Shown one piece after another: positions 18,999 to 28,890 of a DNA stretch of 64,000 nt. The stretch is from positions 1 through 64,000 of IMG/VR virus record IMGVR_UViG_3300045973_000445. The stretch is one strand, 5' to 3'. Each line of letters begins with the position of its first letter. The first letter of the stretch is position 1. Made by a program: the position numbers and the translations under genes. Source of the stretch: a virus. The notes under the pieces are model-generated. The model had not been told where the DNA came from, did no database searches, and was given only the letters and a program-made list of their open reading frames with translations.

Positions 18999-19348
18999 TG
19001 GTTATTCTGAAAGCTCATAGTAAAAAAGAACCTACGAAATTCATTGGGGCCTTTTTGCCCCAGTGGATTCATGGTTACTTTGCCATGTACACTCTGGCCA
19101 AAGGAGTATCTAAATCAGAGCTGATACGAAACCTGATCGAGGAGTGGATCAAACAGCAACGGCTGATCGTAACTGATAAAGAACTCTTAGATGATATTCT
19201 CCACAACGTCAGGCAGGAGTGGAAGCTGGAGCGCATAGGTACACCCACCGCAAAGCTCTGTGACTTTAAAATAAGTATACGTGCAGAACTGAAAAGTAGA
19301 GGGCTTGGCATAGAACAGATTGAAACGATATTAAAAGAAATTGAATAA
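18998..19348 (+). CDS. ribbon-helix-helix-like DNA-binding protein
   Basis: KFIGAFLP...GVSKSELIRNLIEEW. Confidence 0.55.
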   Translation: MVILKAHSKKEPTKFIGAFLPQWIHGYFAMYTLAKGVSKSELIRNLIEEWIKQQRLIVTDKELLDDILHNVRQEWKLERIGTPTAKLCDFKISIRAELKSRGLGIEQIETILKEIE

Positions 19349-20406
19349 TGGAAAGAGCTACAGCAGAACCCCTTAGCACTCAGATGAAACGCAGAGCCGA
19401 GGCTAAGCCAGAAAAGGAAGAGGAAACTAAATTGGATGGTAACTTTGAGATAATGACTTCTACAGGATCCACTCTGGTGGATTTGGCTATTTCAGGCAGT
19501 CGCATCCGAGGAGGGGGTATTCCTGGAGGAATACTAGTTGAGGCTTTCGGCATATCTCAATCGGGCAAAACAGCGTTTCTTTGCGAGGTAGCAGGGGATA
19601 TTCAACGCAGGAATGGGGAGGCTCAATTCCACGATCCTGAAGCCAGACTGGATCATCAGTATTTTGAAATGTACGGGGTGCGCATCAAACCAGAAAACTA
19701 CTACCAACCAGACACCGTTACAGAAGTCTTCAAGAACGTCCGGAAATGGGAACCTCCAGTGATCAAAGATAAAAAGATTGTACATGGTATCTTTGCAGAT
19801 TCTCTGGCCGCACTTTCTACAGATTTGGAGATGGGAGAAGATGATGGAGATAAGATGGGGATGCGGAGGGCTAAGGAATTCAGCGAACAACTTAGAAAAA
19901 CCTGTCGGATGATTAAACAGAATAATTATCTGATGGTCTGTAGTAATCAAGTGCGGGTGAATATGGGTGCAGGAACATACAGTCCCAAGTTCACTACTCC
20001 TGGAGGAGAGGCCTTTAAGTTCTACGCCAGTGTCCGTTTGCATTTTGGTAATCCTGAAAAGATATACAAAGTAGTTAAAGTAGCTGGTAAAGAGGTCAAG
20101 AAGGTCATCGGCATAACTACCATGATTGAGGTGGTTAAAACAGTAGATAAACCATATCGGAAAGCCCCGATGACGATAATTTTCGATTACGGGATCGATC
20201 AGATTCGTGACAATCTACAATATATAAAAGACTACACCCGAAATACAACATACTGCTTGGGGGATCGTAGTTTGGCTACGTCAATGGAAGAGGCTATCAA
20301 AATAATTGAATCAGAAAAACTTGAAGATCAACTCAAAGAAGAAGTAATTGATTTGTGGGAGATGATCGAAAGTAAGTTTGAATCGAATCGTAAACCAAAA
20401 AGATAA
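19348..20406 (+). CDS. recA: RecA/UvsX recombinase
   Basis: STGSTLVDLA, GGIPGG, GISQSGKT, DSLAAL, SNQVR, TPGGEAFKFYASVR. Confidence 0.93.
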   Translation: MERATAEPLSTQMKRRAEAKPEKEEETKLDGNFEIMTSTGSTLVDLAISGSRIRGGGIPGGILVEAFGISQSGKTAFLCEVAGDIQRRNGEAQFHDPEARLDHQYFEMYGVRIKPENYYQPDTVTEVFKNVRKWEPPVIKDKKIVHGIFADSLAALSTDLEMGEDDGDKMGMRRAKEFSEQLRKTCRMIKQNNYLMVCSNQVRVNMGAGTYSPKFTTPGGEAFKFYASVRLHFGNPEKIYKVVKVAGKEVKKVIGITTMIEVVKTVDKPYRKAPMTIIFDYGIDQIRDNLQYIKDYTRNTTYCLGDRSLATSMEEAIKIIESEKLEDQLKEEVIDLWEMIESKFESNRKPKR

Positions 20407-20609
20407 TGGACAATCCAGTAAGAAAACAAGGCGATACTATCATGGGGTTTGGAAATCCATCCAATTGGACTGTTCCGCTAGGTCAAATAACTCTACATAG
20501 ATTTGTAAAGTCTACAGCAAATTTGGAACTTTGGTTAGTAGAATATGCTGATCAACCAGAAGTATTATATGAACTTTGGATAAATAAAAAAGATGGAACG
20601 GGGAAGTAG
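20406..20609 (+). CDS. hypothetical protein
   Basis: 67-aa ORF coupled to recA. Confidence 0.6.
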   Translation: MDNPVRKQGDTIMGFGNPSNWTVPLGQITLHRFVKSTANLELWLVEYADQPEVLYELWINKKDGTGK

Positions 20610-21084
20610 TAAAACCTATCTGGGTATAGATAACGGAGTTTCAGGAGCCGTTACCATCCTCTCTGACACGGGGGATATCATCATTCATATAAATACACCT
20701 GTAAAGAACTGTCTGAACTATACAAAGAAGAAGGCTTTTATAAACAGAGTGGATTTTCAAAAGATGAGATCTATCCTGAATCTTGCTGGGGATAATACAT
20801 TCTGTTTAATTGAACGTCCAATGGTCAACCCTATGCGCTGGAATGCATCAGTATCGGCTTTGCGATGCCTTGAGGCTACACAGATACTTCTGGAGAACTT
20901 TCAAATTCCTTATCAGTTTATTGATAGCAAGGAATGGCAAAAGGCACTTCTACCATCAGGTCTTGTAAAGGATCAATTAAAGACAGGTGCGGATCAGGTC
21001 GCTAAGCGACTTTATCCAAAAGCTACAATCGTAAACTCAGATGCTCTTTTGATAGCTCACTATTGCAGAAAGATGTATAAATAA
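20593..21084 (+). CDS. RuvC-like Holliday junction resolvase
   Basis: YLGIDNGVSGA, LIERP, SKEWQK, SDALLIA. Confidence 0.85.
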   Translation: MERGSSKTYLGIDNGVSGAVTILSDTGDIIIHINTPVKNCLNYTKKKAFINRVDFQKMRSILNLAGDNTFCLIERPMVNPMRWNASVSALRCLEATQILLENFQIPYQFIDSKEWQKALLPSGLVKDQLKTGADQVAKRLYPKATIVNSDALLIAHYCRKMYK

Positions 21085-21099
21085 TTTGTATAATCCAGT

Positions 21100-22149
21100 A
21101 TGATAAAAAGTTTAACACTCCACAACTTCGAAAGCCATCGTTACAGCTCACTATCCTTCGCTGAAGGAGTTAACATAATTTGTGGGAGCTCAGATTCGGG
21201 CAAAACAGCCCTTTTAAGGGCATTGCGCTGGTGTCTAATTAACCGTCCGCTGGGTGATGATATTGTCAGCTGGAAGGGCGTTTCTGACGGCAAGGAGACC
21301 TCTGTGCAACTTATAACAAGTACAGACACGATCACCCGTAGCAAAGGCAAGCAGGAAGAGTATAAACTGAATACCACTGAGTTTCATGCTTTCAACAAAG
21401 AAGTCCCACAGGAGATTCTTCAAGCACTGAACATCGATGACACCAACTTCAAAACTCAATTTGAATCCCATTTCCTTCTCAGCTCTACGGCTGGCGAGGT
21501 GGCTCAGCATTTTAACAAGGTTGCACGTCTTGACAAGATAGACCTCTCCACGGCAAACCTGAACAAATGGATCACTGGGATTAAGCAAACAATAACCTTT
21601 AAGAATGGGGAAATTGTAAAGAACCAGGAAAAACTACTCTCTTATGATTATCTGGTTACGTTTGAAAAAGAAATAATTCTTCTTGAAGCTGACGATAAAG
21701 CACTAACACTCCAACAAACCAAGAGACTCCTATTACATGATGTAATAACCACGCTAGAGGATATCAACGGAGACATTGAACGGGAACAAGCTATTCTTAC
21801 TATTGAACCATTGCTGGACTCGTTATTGAAAAGCATTGCAGAGCGAAAAGAGGCTATTATAAAAGCAGACAAGCTGGATATTTTTATAAATGACATCCTA
21901 CAGGTTCAGAAAGATCTGGATGAGTATGAAGTAATCCTTTCTGTAGAGAGTCTAGTGGTTGATCTGCTAAAACTACATGCAGATAAAAAGGAATCTGAAA
22001 CAAAGAGGGTGGGCTTGAGACGTATAGTAAATAGTATAACCAATACCAATACTCAGTTAGAGTTAGCTGAGGTAAAATATAAAAAATTACATAAGCAGTT
22101 TGAGGATGAATTTCCTGAGATTTGCCCTCTCTGTAACAAACCTAAATAA
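21100..22149 (+). CDS. sbcC: Rad50/SbcC ATPase, N-terminal half ending at the zinc hook
   Basis: LHNFESH, Walker A GSSDSGKT, Q-loop, coiled coil, terminal CPLC. Confidence 0.88.
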   Translation: MIKSLTLHNFESHRYSSLSFAEGVNIICGSSDSGKTALLRALRWCLINRPLGDDIVSWKGVSDGKETSVQLITSTDTITRSKGKQEEYKLNTTEFHAFNKEVPQEILQALNIDDTNFKTQFESHFLLSSTAGEVAQHFNKVARLDKIDLSTANLNKWITGIKQTITFKNGEIVKNQEKLLSYDYLVTFEKEIILLEADDKALTLQQTKRLLLHDVITTLEDINGDIEREQAILTIEPLLDSLLKSIAERKEAIIKADKLDIFINDILQVQKDLDEYEVILSVESLVVDLLKLHADKKESETKRVGLRRIVNSITNTNTQLELAEVKYKKLHKQFEDEFPEICPLCNKPK

Positions 22150-22365
22150 ATGGAAAGAACTACAAAAGTAGAGTCCTTCGGGACTCAATTGTGTCAGGTG
22201 CTGAAGCTGAACCCAGCCAAGATAAAAACAATTACTATCAAGGTTCAGGCAGAAAAAGTTACTGTAACCACAGAGGAGATCTTGTTGGTGGATGAGGCTA
22301 AGGATGTTTTAAAAATGCTACAGTATTATCATCTAGTGGAAACCATAAATGGGAAGCCAAAGTAA
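22150..22365 (+). CDS. hypothetical protein
   Basis: 71-aa ORF abutting the previous stop. Confidence 0.65.
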   Translation: MERTTKVESFGTQLCQVLKLNPAKIKTITIKVQAEKVTVTTEEILLVDEAKDVLKMLQYYHLVETINGKPK

Positions 22366-22383
22366 TTATTTGTATAATGAATC

Positions 22384-22614
22384 ATGACAAATCACATTAT
22401 CAAACCAGAAGAATTTATAAATTATCACACTGAGGTTGTTTTAGCATCACATAGTGATCCTCGTAAGCGATTGATATTTAACATAGATACAACAAATGTC
22501 AATGGTCAAATAGAATTAATCACAGCATATTTTGTCAAGAATAAATTTGATCGATTGGTTCATGTCGGATCTCATCTACAACAGGCCATCAAAGAATATA
22601 ATAAACTTTCGTAA
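22384..22614 (+). CDS. hypothetical protein
   Basis: 76-aa ORF preceded by TTTGTATAAT. Confidence 0.65.
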   Translation: MTNHIIKPEEFINYHTEVVLASHSDPRKRLIFNIDTTNVNGQIELITAYFVKNKFDRLVHVGSHLQQAIKEYNKLS

Positions 22615-23498
22615 TGGAACGTACAAGATCTGTTAACAGAACGCCCAGTGCCATATTAACTGCTGATTGGCATTTGACTGAAAGCACACCTGTTTGTCGC
22701 ACAGATGCATATTGGGATGCTGAATGGAAAAAGGTGGATTATATAAGTATGCTACAAAAGACATATAATTGCCCAGTTCTAATGTCGGGAGATCTTTTTG
22801 ACGGATGGAAGCCGTCACCAAATTTACTAAGGGAAACAATCCTACATCTTCCGGATCAGCTCCACTTGGTATACGGAAATCACGACCTCCCAGCACATAA
22901 CATCTCCCTTGTAGATAAGTGCGGAATTAACGTCCTACAGGCTGCGGAAAAGTTAACAGTGCTATCTACTTGTCATTTCAATCAAACCCCCACTGAACCC
23001 AGCTTAGTTATCAAAGGAAGGAAGATTCTGGTATGGCACGTGATGAATTATCAAAGCAAGCTACCGTGGCCTGGATGTGAAGCTCCTATGGCAGCTAAGT
23101 TGCTGAGGAAGTTTCCAGATTATGATTTAATCCTATCGGGGGATAACCACAAGACTTTCCATGAAGAACTCGATGGCAGACATCTGGTAAATCCAGGATC
23201 GCTGATGCGAATGGATGCCGATCAGATTGATCACAAGCCCTGTGTGTGGTTTTGGTTTGCTGAAGACAACGCTGTGGAACAAGTCTTTATTCCAATTGAA
23301 CAAGGTGTGATTAGCAGAGAACATTTAGAGCGCAAGGAGGAGCGAGACGCTCGGATTGATGCTTTTGTGAGTCGATTGGATACAGAATGGGTAGCTGATG
23401 TTTCCTTCGAACAGAATCTTGAGCAGTTTGAGAAAACCAATCAGATCAGAAAAAGTGTCATGGAAATAGTTTTTAAATCCTTAGAGACTAAAATATGA
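22614..23498 (+). CDS. sbcD: Mre11/SbcD metallophosphoesterase nuclease
   Basis: ADWH, GDLFD, GNHD, SGDNH, NPGS. Confidence 0.9.
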   Translation: MERTRSVNRTPSAILTADWHLTESTPVCRTDAYWDAEWKKVDYISMLQKTYNCPVLMSGDLFDGWKPSPNLLRETILHLPDQLHLVYGNHDLPAHNISLVDKCGINVLQAAEKLTVLSTCHFNQTPTEPSLVIKGRKILVWHVMNYQSKLPWPGCEAPMAAKLLRKFPDYDLILSGDNHKTFHEELDGRHLVNPGSLMRMDADQIDHKPCVWFWFAEDNAVEQVFIPIEQGVISREHLERKEERDARIDAFVSRLDTEWVADVSFEQNLEQFEKTNQIRKSVMEIVFKSLETKI

Positions 23499-23677
23499 CA
23501 CCTCTTGAATTGCTAGAAAAACAACTTCAGGGATTTTTAAAGAATATACAGAAATCTAAAGAGGCTCTATCAAAGGGTTTAATCTCCCCTGAACTCCATG
23601 AAAAACACAAGGCAAACAATGAGCTTAAAATAAAGGAATTCAAATACGCAATAAGAGTCTTAACAACATATATGTGA
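23495..23677 (+). CDS. hypothetical protein
   Basis: 60-aa ORF with ATGA overlap. Confidence 0.6.
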   Translation: MTPLELLEKQLQGFLKNIQKSKEALSKGLISPELHEKHKANNELKIKEFKYAIRVLTTYM

Positions 23678-23678
23678 T

Positions 23679-23915
23679 ATGAAAACAGAACAGCAATTAC
23701 TCGATCTGAAAAAGAATGTGGATGAAGCCAAAACATCCGTGGCCGAACTGACAGGTCAGCAAAAAAGCCTGATGAAACAGCTAAAGGATGACTGGCAGTG
23801 CTCTACCATTGAAGCTGCTCAAATGAAACTTAAAAGTATGGATAATGACATAGCTAATCTTGATGCCAAGATTGCTAAGGGTACAAAAGAGCTGGAAGAG
23901 AAGTATAATGTCTAA
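23679..23915 (+). CDS. short coiled-coil protein
   Basis: Heptad pattern throughout; lies within the SbcCD cluster. Confidence 0.7.
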   Translation: MKTEQQLLDLKKNVDEAKTSVAELTGQQKSLMKQLKDDWQCSTIEAAQMKLKSMDNDIANLDAKIAKGTKELEEKYNV

Positions 23916-24141
23916 TCAAATGAATATGAAAATTACAACATTACGAGGGGTTACTCTACTTATCGAAGGGGATTATATCGTACGTATAATTAAGACGGGA
24001 TTTACTAAACCTCAACGATACCATGTAATAATTGAAACACCATATGACTATGTTTCTGATGCCAGTATGAAAACGATGGATGAAATATGTAAGACATATA
24101 ATGTTACTGCAAAAGAACTAACAGCAAAATTTGATGAATAG
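23908..24141 (+). CDS. hypothetical protein
   Basis: ATG at 23908 (MSNQM); overlaps both neighbours. Confidence 0.6.
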   Translation: MSNQMNMKITTLRGVTLLIEGDYIVRIIKTGFTKPQRYHVIIETPYDYVSDASMKTMDEICKTYNVTAKELTAKFDE

Positions 24142-24760
24142 TATATCTCAACTACGATCTCATCTGGAGCAACAGAAAGGCAAGCGAGCCGAGGTTGTTA
24201 AAACGATAGACGACACCCAGCTGGAGGTTAAGGAGCTGGAGAAGTCCATGAGACGTCACGAGGAGGCTCGTGAGATTGTTCGGGCTGTGGGATTAAAAAC
24301 ACAGCAACAAATCCAATATCACATATCTGATATCACATCATTGGCTATGGAAGCCGTCTTTAACAATCCCTACGAACTGAAGGTAGAGTTTATCCAACGT
24401 AGGAATAAAACCGAATGCGACCTGTATTTTTTAAGGGATGGGAATCGGGTGGATCCTTTGGAAGGTGGAGGTGGTGGAGCTGCCGACGTAGCATCCTTCG
24501 CATTGCGAGTGGCCAGCTGGTCGATGCAAATCCCACGCACCCGAAATGTGCTGGTGCTAGATGAGCCTTTCAAACATCTAAAGGGAGAGAATGAAAACAA
24601 GAGGATGCTGGATATGATCCGGAAAATCTCCCAGGAATTGAAAGTTCAGATCATTATGATCAGTGATGAGCGCATCAGCCGTGAGGCTACTATTGAAGCT
24701 ACGGATAGGCTATTTGAAACAAAGATTAGGCGAGGTATTACTGAAGTAACTGTAACATAA
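24134..24760 (+). CDS. sbcC: Rad50/SbcC ATPase, C-terminal half
   Basis: Coiled coil, then a variant signature EGGGGG..DVASFALR and Walker B LVLDEPF. Confidence 0.85.
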   Translation: MNSISQLRSHLEQQKGKRAEVVKTIDDTQLEVKELEKSMRRHEEAREIVRAVGLKTQQQIQYHISDITSLAMEAVFNNPYELKVEFIQRRNKTECDLYFLRDGNRVDPLEGGGGGAADVASFALRVASWSMQIPRTRNVLVLDEPFKHLKGENENKRMLDMIRKISQELKVQIIMISDERISREATIEATDRLFETKIRRGITEVTVT

Positions 24761-25149
24761 TGACTAAGAAAGAACGAATAGCTGTCTGGAATAAATACAA
24801 CAAACACTGTGCTTATTGTGGCAAAGAGATAGCTTATAATGAAATGCAGGTTGATCACAAGCATCCTCAGCATTTGGCTTTTTGGAATCAGCATCTTGTC
24901 ATGAGGGAAAAGTATCATTTAACAAATGATATAAATGATTTTGAAAACCTCATGCCTTCCTGTAGACGCTGTAATCATTATAAACGAGGTGAGCGTCTAG
25001 AAACATTCCGAAAGTCAATGCTAACCCTACATAAACGATTGCAAGAGATCTATATAAATAAAGTAGCCATTGATTATGGTATTATTACCATGCATACTTG
25101 GGATGGTGTTTTTTATTTTGAACATGATGAATCAGGAGACGGCAGTTAA
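24760..25149 (+). CDS. HNH endonuclease
   Basis: HCAYCGK, MQVDH, NLMPSCRRCNHYK. Confidence 0.9.
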   Translation: MTKKERIAVWNKYNKHCAYCGKEIAYNEMQVDHKHPQHLAFWNQHLVMREKYHLTNDINDFENLMPSCRRCNHYKRGERLETFRKSMLTLHKRLQEIYINKVAIDYGIITMHTWDGVFYFEHDESGDGS

Positions 25150-25501
25150 TAAAATGATGCTGGAGATAGAAATCCAAGAAGCTCTTCTTGTTGAGGATAG
25201 ATATACCCTAGAAGAACGTCATGAGTATTTAAAATCAACCATCAAGCAGAAACTTCAATTGATGTGGGTGGTTGGTTATGATCATAATTTTATAGTTCCA
25301 CATAGTAATGGTTGTAAAAAACCAGTAACACAATTTGGATCTGATATGAAATACATAGCGGAATATCCCAGTGCCAAATTCATAACAGACAATCTAAAAA
25401 TATCCAAGCACACTATATTAAATGCATTAAAAGATAATCATTTAACTCGTCAGGGGTATTATTGGTTCTACACAGATGAATTACTCAGCAAATCAATATA
25501 G
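25124..25501 (+). CDS. NUMOD1-type HTH domain protein
   Basis: KKPVTQFG..MKYIAEYPSA...I..AL......GYYWFY. Confidence 0.65.
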   Translation: MMNQETAVNKMMLEIEIQEALLVEDRYTLEERHEYLKSTIKQKLQLMWVVGYDHNFIVPHSNGCKKPVTQFGSDMKYIAEYPSAKFITDNLKISKHTILNALKDNHLTRQGYYWFYTDELLSKSI

Positions 25502-25986
25502 AAGCTGGACGGGAATATCCGAGTAACACAATCTATATTTTTCCGAACCACTCCAGATTCTATTTTAAGTATCACCTCTCTGTCTTCTATAAGACATTCC
25601 TGAATCCTTCCTATTTCCACTTCATTATTAATAACAACACGAACACTTGTACCAATCATGTAATAGTATGAAATATCCCAGTGGCCTTTGATTTTCAACT
25701 GATACTCATCCCGATAGCAAAACGAGGGCATCCCATCCTTCTTAAAGAACTTCTGAAGGTACTTCTCTCGCTGAACCATATTATTGAATATAGTAGGGAT
25801 GCAGTTCTCCAGAGCTATCTGATCTATCTTTTCCTTCTTCTTTGCACAGATATCGGCAAACTTCTTCTTGTCAAAGGGTCTCTGATAAATCAATTCTCTA
25901 AATCGATAGCACAGATATTCCATCTGCAACCGGCTAAAGAAGTCTGACAAAGGAATGATTCGAGTACGAGGTAGTGTTGCTGTCAT
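25468..25986 (-). CDS. hypothetical protein, last gene of the structural arm
   Basis: ATG at 25986 directly after the terminase stop; 3' end overlaps the convergent + strand gene. Confidence 0.75.
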   Translation of the reverse strand: MTATLPRTRIIPLSDFFSRLQMEYLCYRFRELIYQRPFDKKKFADICAKKKEKIDQIALENCIPTIFNNMVQREKYLQKFFKKDGMPSFCYRDEYQLKIKGHWDISYYYMIGTSVRVVINNEVEIGRIQECLIEDREVILKIESGVVRKNIDCVTRIFPSSFYIDLLSNSSV

Positions 25987-25987
25987 G

Positions 25988-27673
25988 TTACATGTAATGA
26001 ACTTTAAATACAGATTTGGCTTCCCGAAGGTCAGTGATAGCAAAGAAGGAGCTCATAGCACCGTCATCGTGATCTGAGCTCGATTCCAGCTTACCACTAT
26101 CCTCATGGAAGGTGACGCTATTAAACTCCCCACACAGCCATGCGAAGGTGTTTTTACTCTCCTCATTGCCATAGGGTATTTTGATCTCTCCTCTTTCGAA
26201 CATTGCACTTAAACTAGGTAGTCCTTCATATAAATCCTTCTTAAGGTTTGACTCTGTTATAAAGGATTCTATATTAGCTACACCTCTCTCTTTGACCAAT
26301 TCAATCATTACGCTTTGAAAACCATTACCCTCAGCCACAATTTTATTGGGTCGGAATCTATTATTCAAAGAAACAATCTCAGATACCTGTTCTCCATGAG
26401 GCATTCCCTTTTTGCGGAAGACATGAAGCAGATAGTATTTCTTATCCTCTCCTCGTCCCCAAACGCTAAACACAGAATAGTCAGCACTGACAGCTCCTGA
26501 TATAGCAAAGTCACAGCCTAGCACAACTCGCTCTAGCTTCACTGGGAATGAATCTATATTGTTTACTAGTGAGATACTATCCATCCCAACCTTAGCCCTA
26601 TTGAGGTACTCCCACGGGAACAGGGATGAGTAATCACTTATTGGTTTAACTAGGTGCTCTCTAGTAAACACGATACTACCCAGAGATTCCTTCAGCTCCA
26701 TCAGCTTTTTAAAGTCATATCGATCTGGAGCAAGAATACGACCATCAGGAAATATTCCAGGATAAATAAATGTCTTAAAGTTGGGGTCTTCTTTTATCCG
26801 AGAGTACAAATCCTGGGAGTGAAATGGCGTACCTGATACGATTAAGTACCCTCCAGATTCCACGATGTTCATGATTTCTGCATAAAATACCTCCTCAAAC
26901 TTATCTCTCTGATCTTTTGAATACAGACAGGACTTATCCAAGAAGTCGTCCACGACAACATTGCCTACGTGCAATCCCCTGATAAATGAACCCTTTGAAC
27001 GGAGAAGAATAGATGCTCCGTTTTTAGTTCGGATTTGCTCTTTTCCTAGATCATTTCTACTATCTGGTAATAAGATATCATGTAAGAAGTCGTTTACACG
27101 AATCTCCTCTACAATTTTTTCCAAATGTAAGATACCTAGTTTGCTCTCATTGGTAATTAGAACTGTTTCTTTACAGTTTCGATTCTCTCTTGTATCTTTA
27201 GACATCCAACTAGGTCTCCGATAGCTATAGGCTCTCCAGAGGGGAAACGCAAAGCAAAAATTAAAACTCTTCCCACTTCCCCTTTCACATTGAAATGAAC
27301 TCCAGTGATATAACTGTAGTAAATTACACCATTCTATGTTGCGCCACCCCATCGTAAAATTAGGAAGCATGGTAGCTATGAAGTAATTCAGAGATTGTAT
27401 CTTCATCGTCTCATCCATCACAGATTCCAGCTGTGGTAGATAGTCTATGCTTTCTGGATCAATAGATATAGCATTGGTATGAACCACCCGATGTGTCTCC
27501 TGAAGCATACTTAGGAAAAGTTTATCTAAGTCATTATCATATCCACTCATCAATTCATTTAATGCTGCTGGAGATAGGTTGTTTATGATCTGATCCACGT
27601 AGGTGTATAAATCCCTACGCTCCCCCTTAGTTAGAATCTTACCGTTGATAGTATCTGTGTACCCTCTTTCCAT
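25988..27673 (-). CDS. terL: terminase large subunit
   Basis: Walker A CERGSGKS, IRGLH, Walker B VVVDD, SGTP coupling motif, LGCDFA...ADYS nuclease, HDDGAMS. Confidence 0.93.
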   Translation of the reverse strand: MERGYTDTINGKILTKGERRDLYTYVDQIINNLSPAALNELMSGYDNDLDKLFLSMLQETHRVVHTNAISIDPESIDYLPQLESVMDETMKIQSLNYFIATMLPNFTMGWRNIEWCNLLQLYHWSSFQCERGSGKSFNFCFAFPLWRAYSYRRPSWMSKDTRENRNCKETVLITNESKLGILHLEKIVEEIRVNDFLHDILLPDSRNDLGKEQIRTKNGASILLRSKGSFIRGLHVGNVVVDDFLDKSCLYSKDQRDKFEEVFYAEIMNIVESGGYLIVSGTPFHSQDLYSRIKEDPNFKTFIYPGIFPDGRILAPDRYDFKKLMELKESLGSIVFTREHLVKPISDYSSLFPWEYLNRAKVGMDSISLVNNIDSFPVKLERVVLGCDFAISGAVSADYSVFSVWGRGEDKKYYLLHVFRKKGMPHGEQVSEIVSLNNRFRPNKIVAEGNGFQSVMIELVKERGVANIESFITESNLKKDLYEGLPSLSAMFERGEIKIPYGNEESKNTFAWLCGEFNSVTFHEDSGKLESSSDHDDGAMSSFFAITDLREAKSVFKVHYM

Positions 27674-27678
27674 AATAA

Positions 27679-28251
27679 TTACTCTGTACGCTCGTTGATA
27701 AAAGTAATCCCAGAATAGTGACTCATGTATTCGTCAAGAAGGACAAAGTCAGCGTCTCGCTGATCCATATCAGAATATGATATAACTTTGTTAGAAGTGA
27801 CATTCTTGGCGGAGGTTGTTTCGGGCAAAGGGTTGATAATAATGAGATATTCCATTACCCCCTTAGTTACTTTATACTCGTCTTTTTTCTCATAGCACAG
27901 GACATGTTCCAAGTCCATCCTGTAGCCTTTGAAGTGAATCCAGTTTCGTGTAAAAATAAGGCCTGTTTTAAAGGGGTTTGTGGGCTTTATTCCCTCGGTG
28001 GCGATGTCAGCTTCGTCTTCGGGCAAAACCACAGCCTTAGCGTTTAAACCAGCCAAAGCCTCTCGGATTTCGCTATCCTTGAGATATTTATATTGCTCTA
28101 GTACGATTTTGATTTTTGCCAGCCCTGCTTTATCCATAAGAGCTATCAGCTCTGTGATGATTAACCCATCAGCTGTGCTTATGGGATGGATTAATGCTTG
28201 TTTTAATTCTTTCGGGTAACGCTTACTCGATGATTCCAGATATGTATTCAT
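27679..28251 (-). CDS. hypothetical protein (positional terminase small subunit candidate, unproven)
   Basis: 190-aa ORF immediately upstream of terL; TAAATTTG box upstream. Confidence 0.6.
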   Translation of the reverse strand: MNTYLESSSKRYPKELKQALIHPISTADGLIITELIALMDKAGLAKIKIVLEQYKYLKDSEIREALAGLNAKAVVLPEDEADIATEGIKPTNPFKTGLIFTRNWIHFKGYRMDLEHVLCYEKKDEYKVTKGVMEYLIIINPLPETTSAKNVTSNKVISYSDMDQRDADFVLLDEYMSHYSGITFINERTE

Positions 28252-28271
28252 ATAACAAATTTATTTATTTA

Positions 28272-28889
28272 TCAAATTAAGTCTGTACCAATATCAGCAC
28301 CGTAATAATAATCAGCACCCCAAACTAGTTTAATAGAAATACTGTCTTGTTTTGTCGGCACGACAGGAATGACAAGATCAGAGTTGTTAGGATCCGTGGT
28401 ATATAGATTAGCATCAGATTGTACTAAAGAAGCCAAGTCAGCTATCAGCTGACGAGATATCCAAAGCCCCAACATACCATCAATCTCCACTGATCCTAGT
28501 GAAACTGCATTGTTTATTCCATTAGCCTCATAGAAATCAGCGTATATGGGTTTGCTGTTTTTAGTAGGTATGTGTTCCATTGCCAATACTCCATTAGCAT
28601 CGGCTACTAGATCAACAGCAGCCACTAAAAACTTTGAATAGCTCCCTACAGGAAATTCGAACCACAGCCAAAGGTTCTCTACGGCTACTCCCGTTTCATT
28701 TTTAAGAACCAGTCCCACGTACTCATCTTCTGGGATGTCCTTAGAGAGCAAAAACTGGGATATCTCACCAAACAGATTATCAAAGGCATCGTTTGGTAAT
28801 GGGCTTAGTGCTTTATAGCCACCAAGAGATAATCTCGGATCATTTTGAATCTGATCTTGATTTACAGAATTTGTATAGTATAATTTCAT
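28272..28889 (-). CDS. virion tail/baseplate-associated protein
   Basis: Beta-rich, SLGGY...NLFGEIS pattern, in the tail operon. Confidence 0.65.
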   Translation of the reverse strand: MKLYYTNSVNQDQIQNDPRLSLGGYKALSPLPNDAFDNLFGEISQFLLSKDIPEDEYVGLVLKNETGVAVENLWLWFEFPVGSYSKFLVAAVDLVADANGVLAMEHIPTKNSKPIYADFYEANGINNAVSLGSVEIDGMLGLWISRQLIADLASLVQSDANLYTTDPNNSDLVIPVVPTKQDSISIKLVWGADYYYGADIGTDLI

Positions 28890-28890
28890 A

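Noticed and set aside
1309-20043. Shorter antisense track ORFs (e.g. 1309..1785, 9600..10118, 19534..20043)
   Set aside because: They are shadows of well-supported genes in less AT-rich DNA, under half the length of the tnpB antisense ORF, and have no link to a transcribed operon or coupling site.
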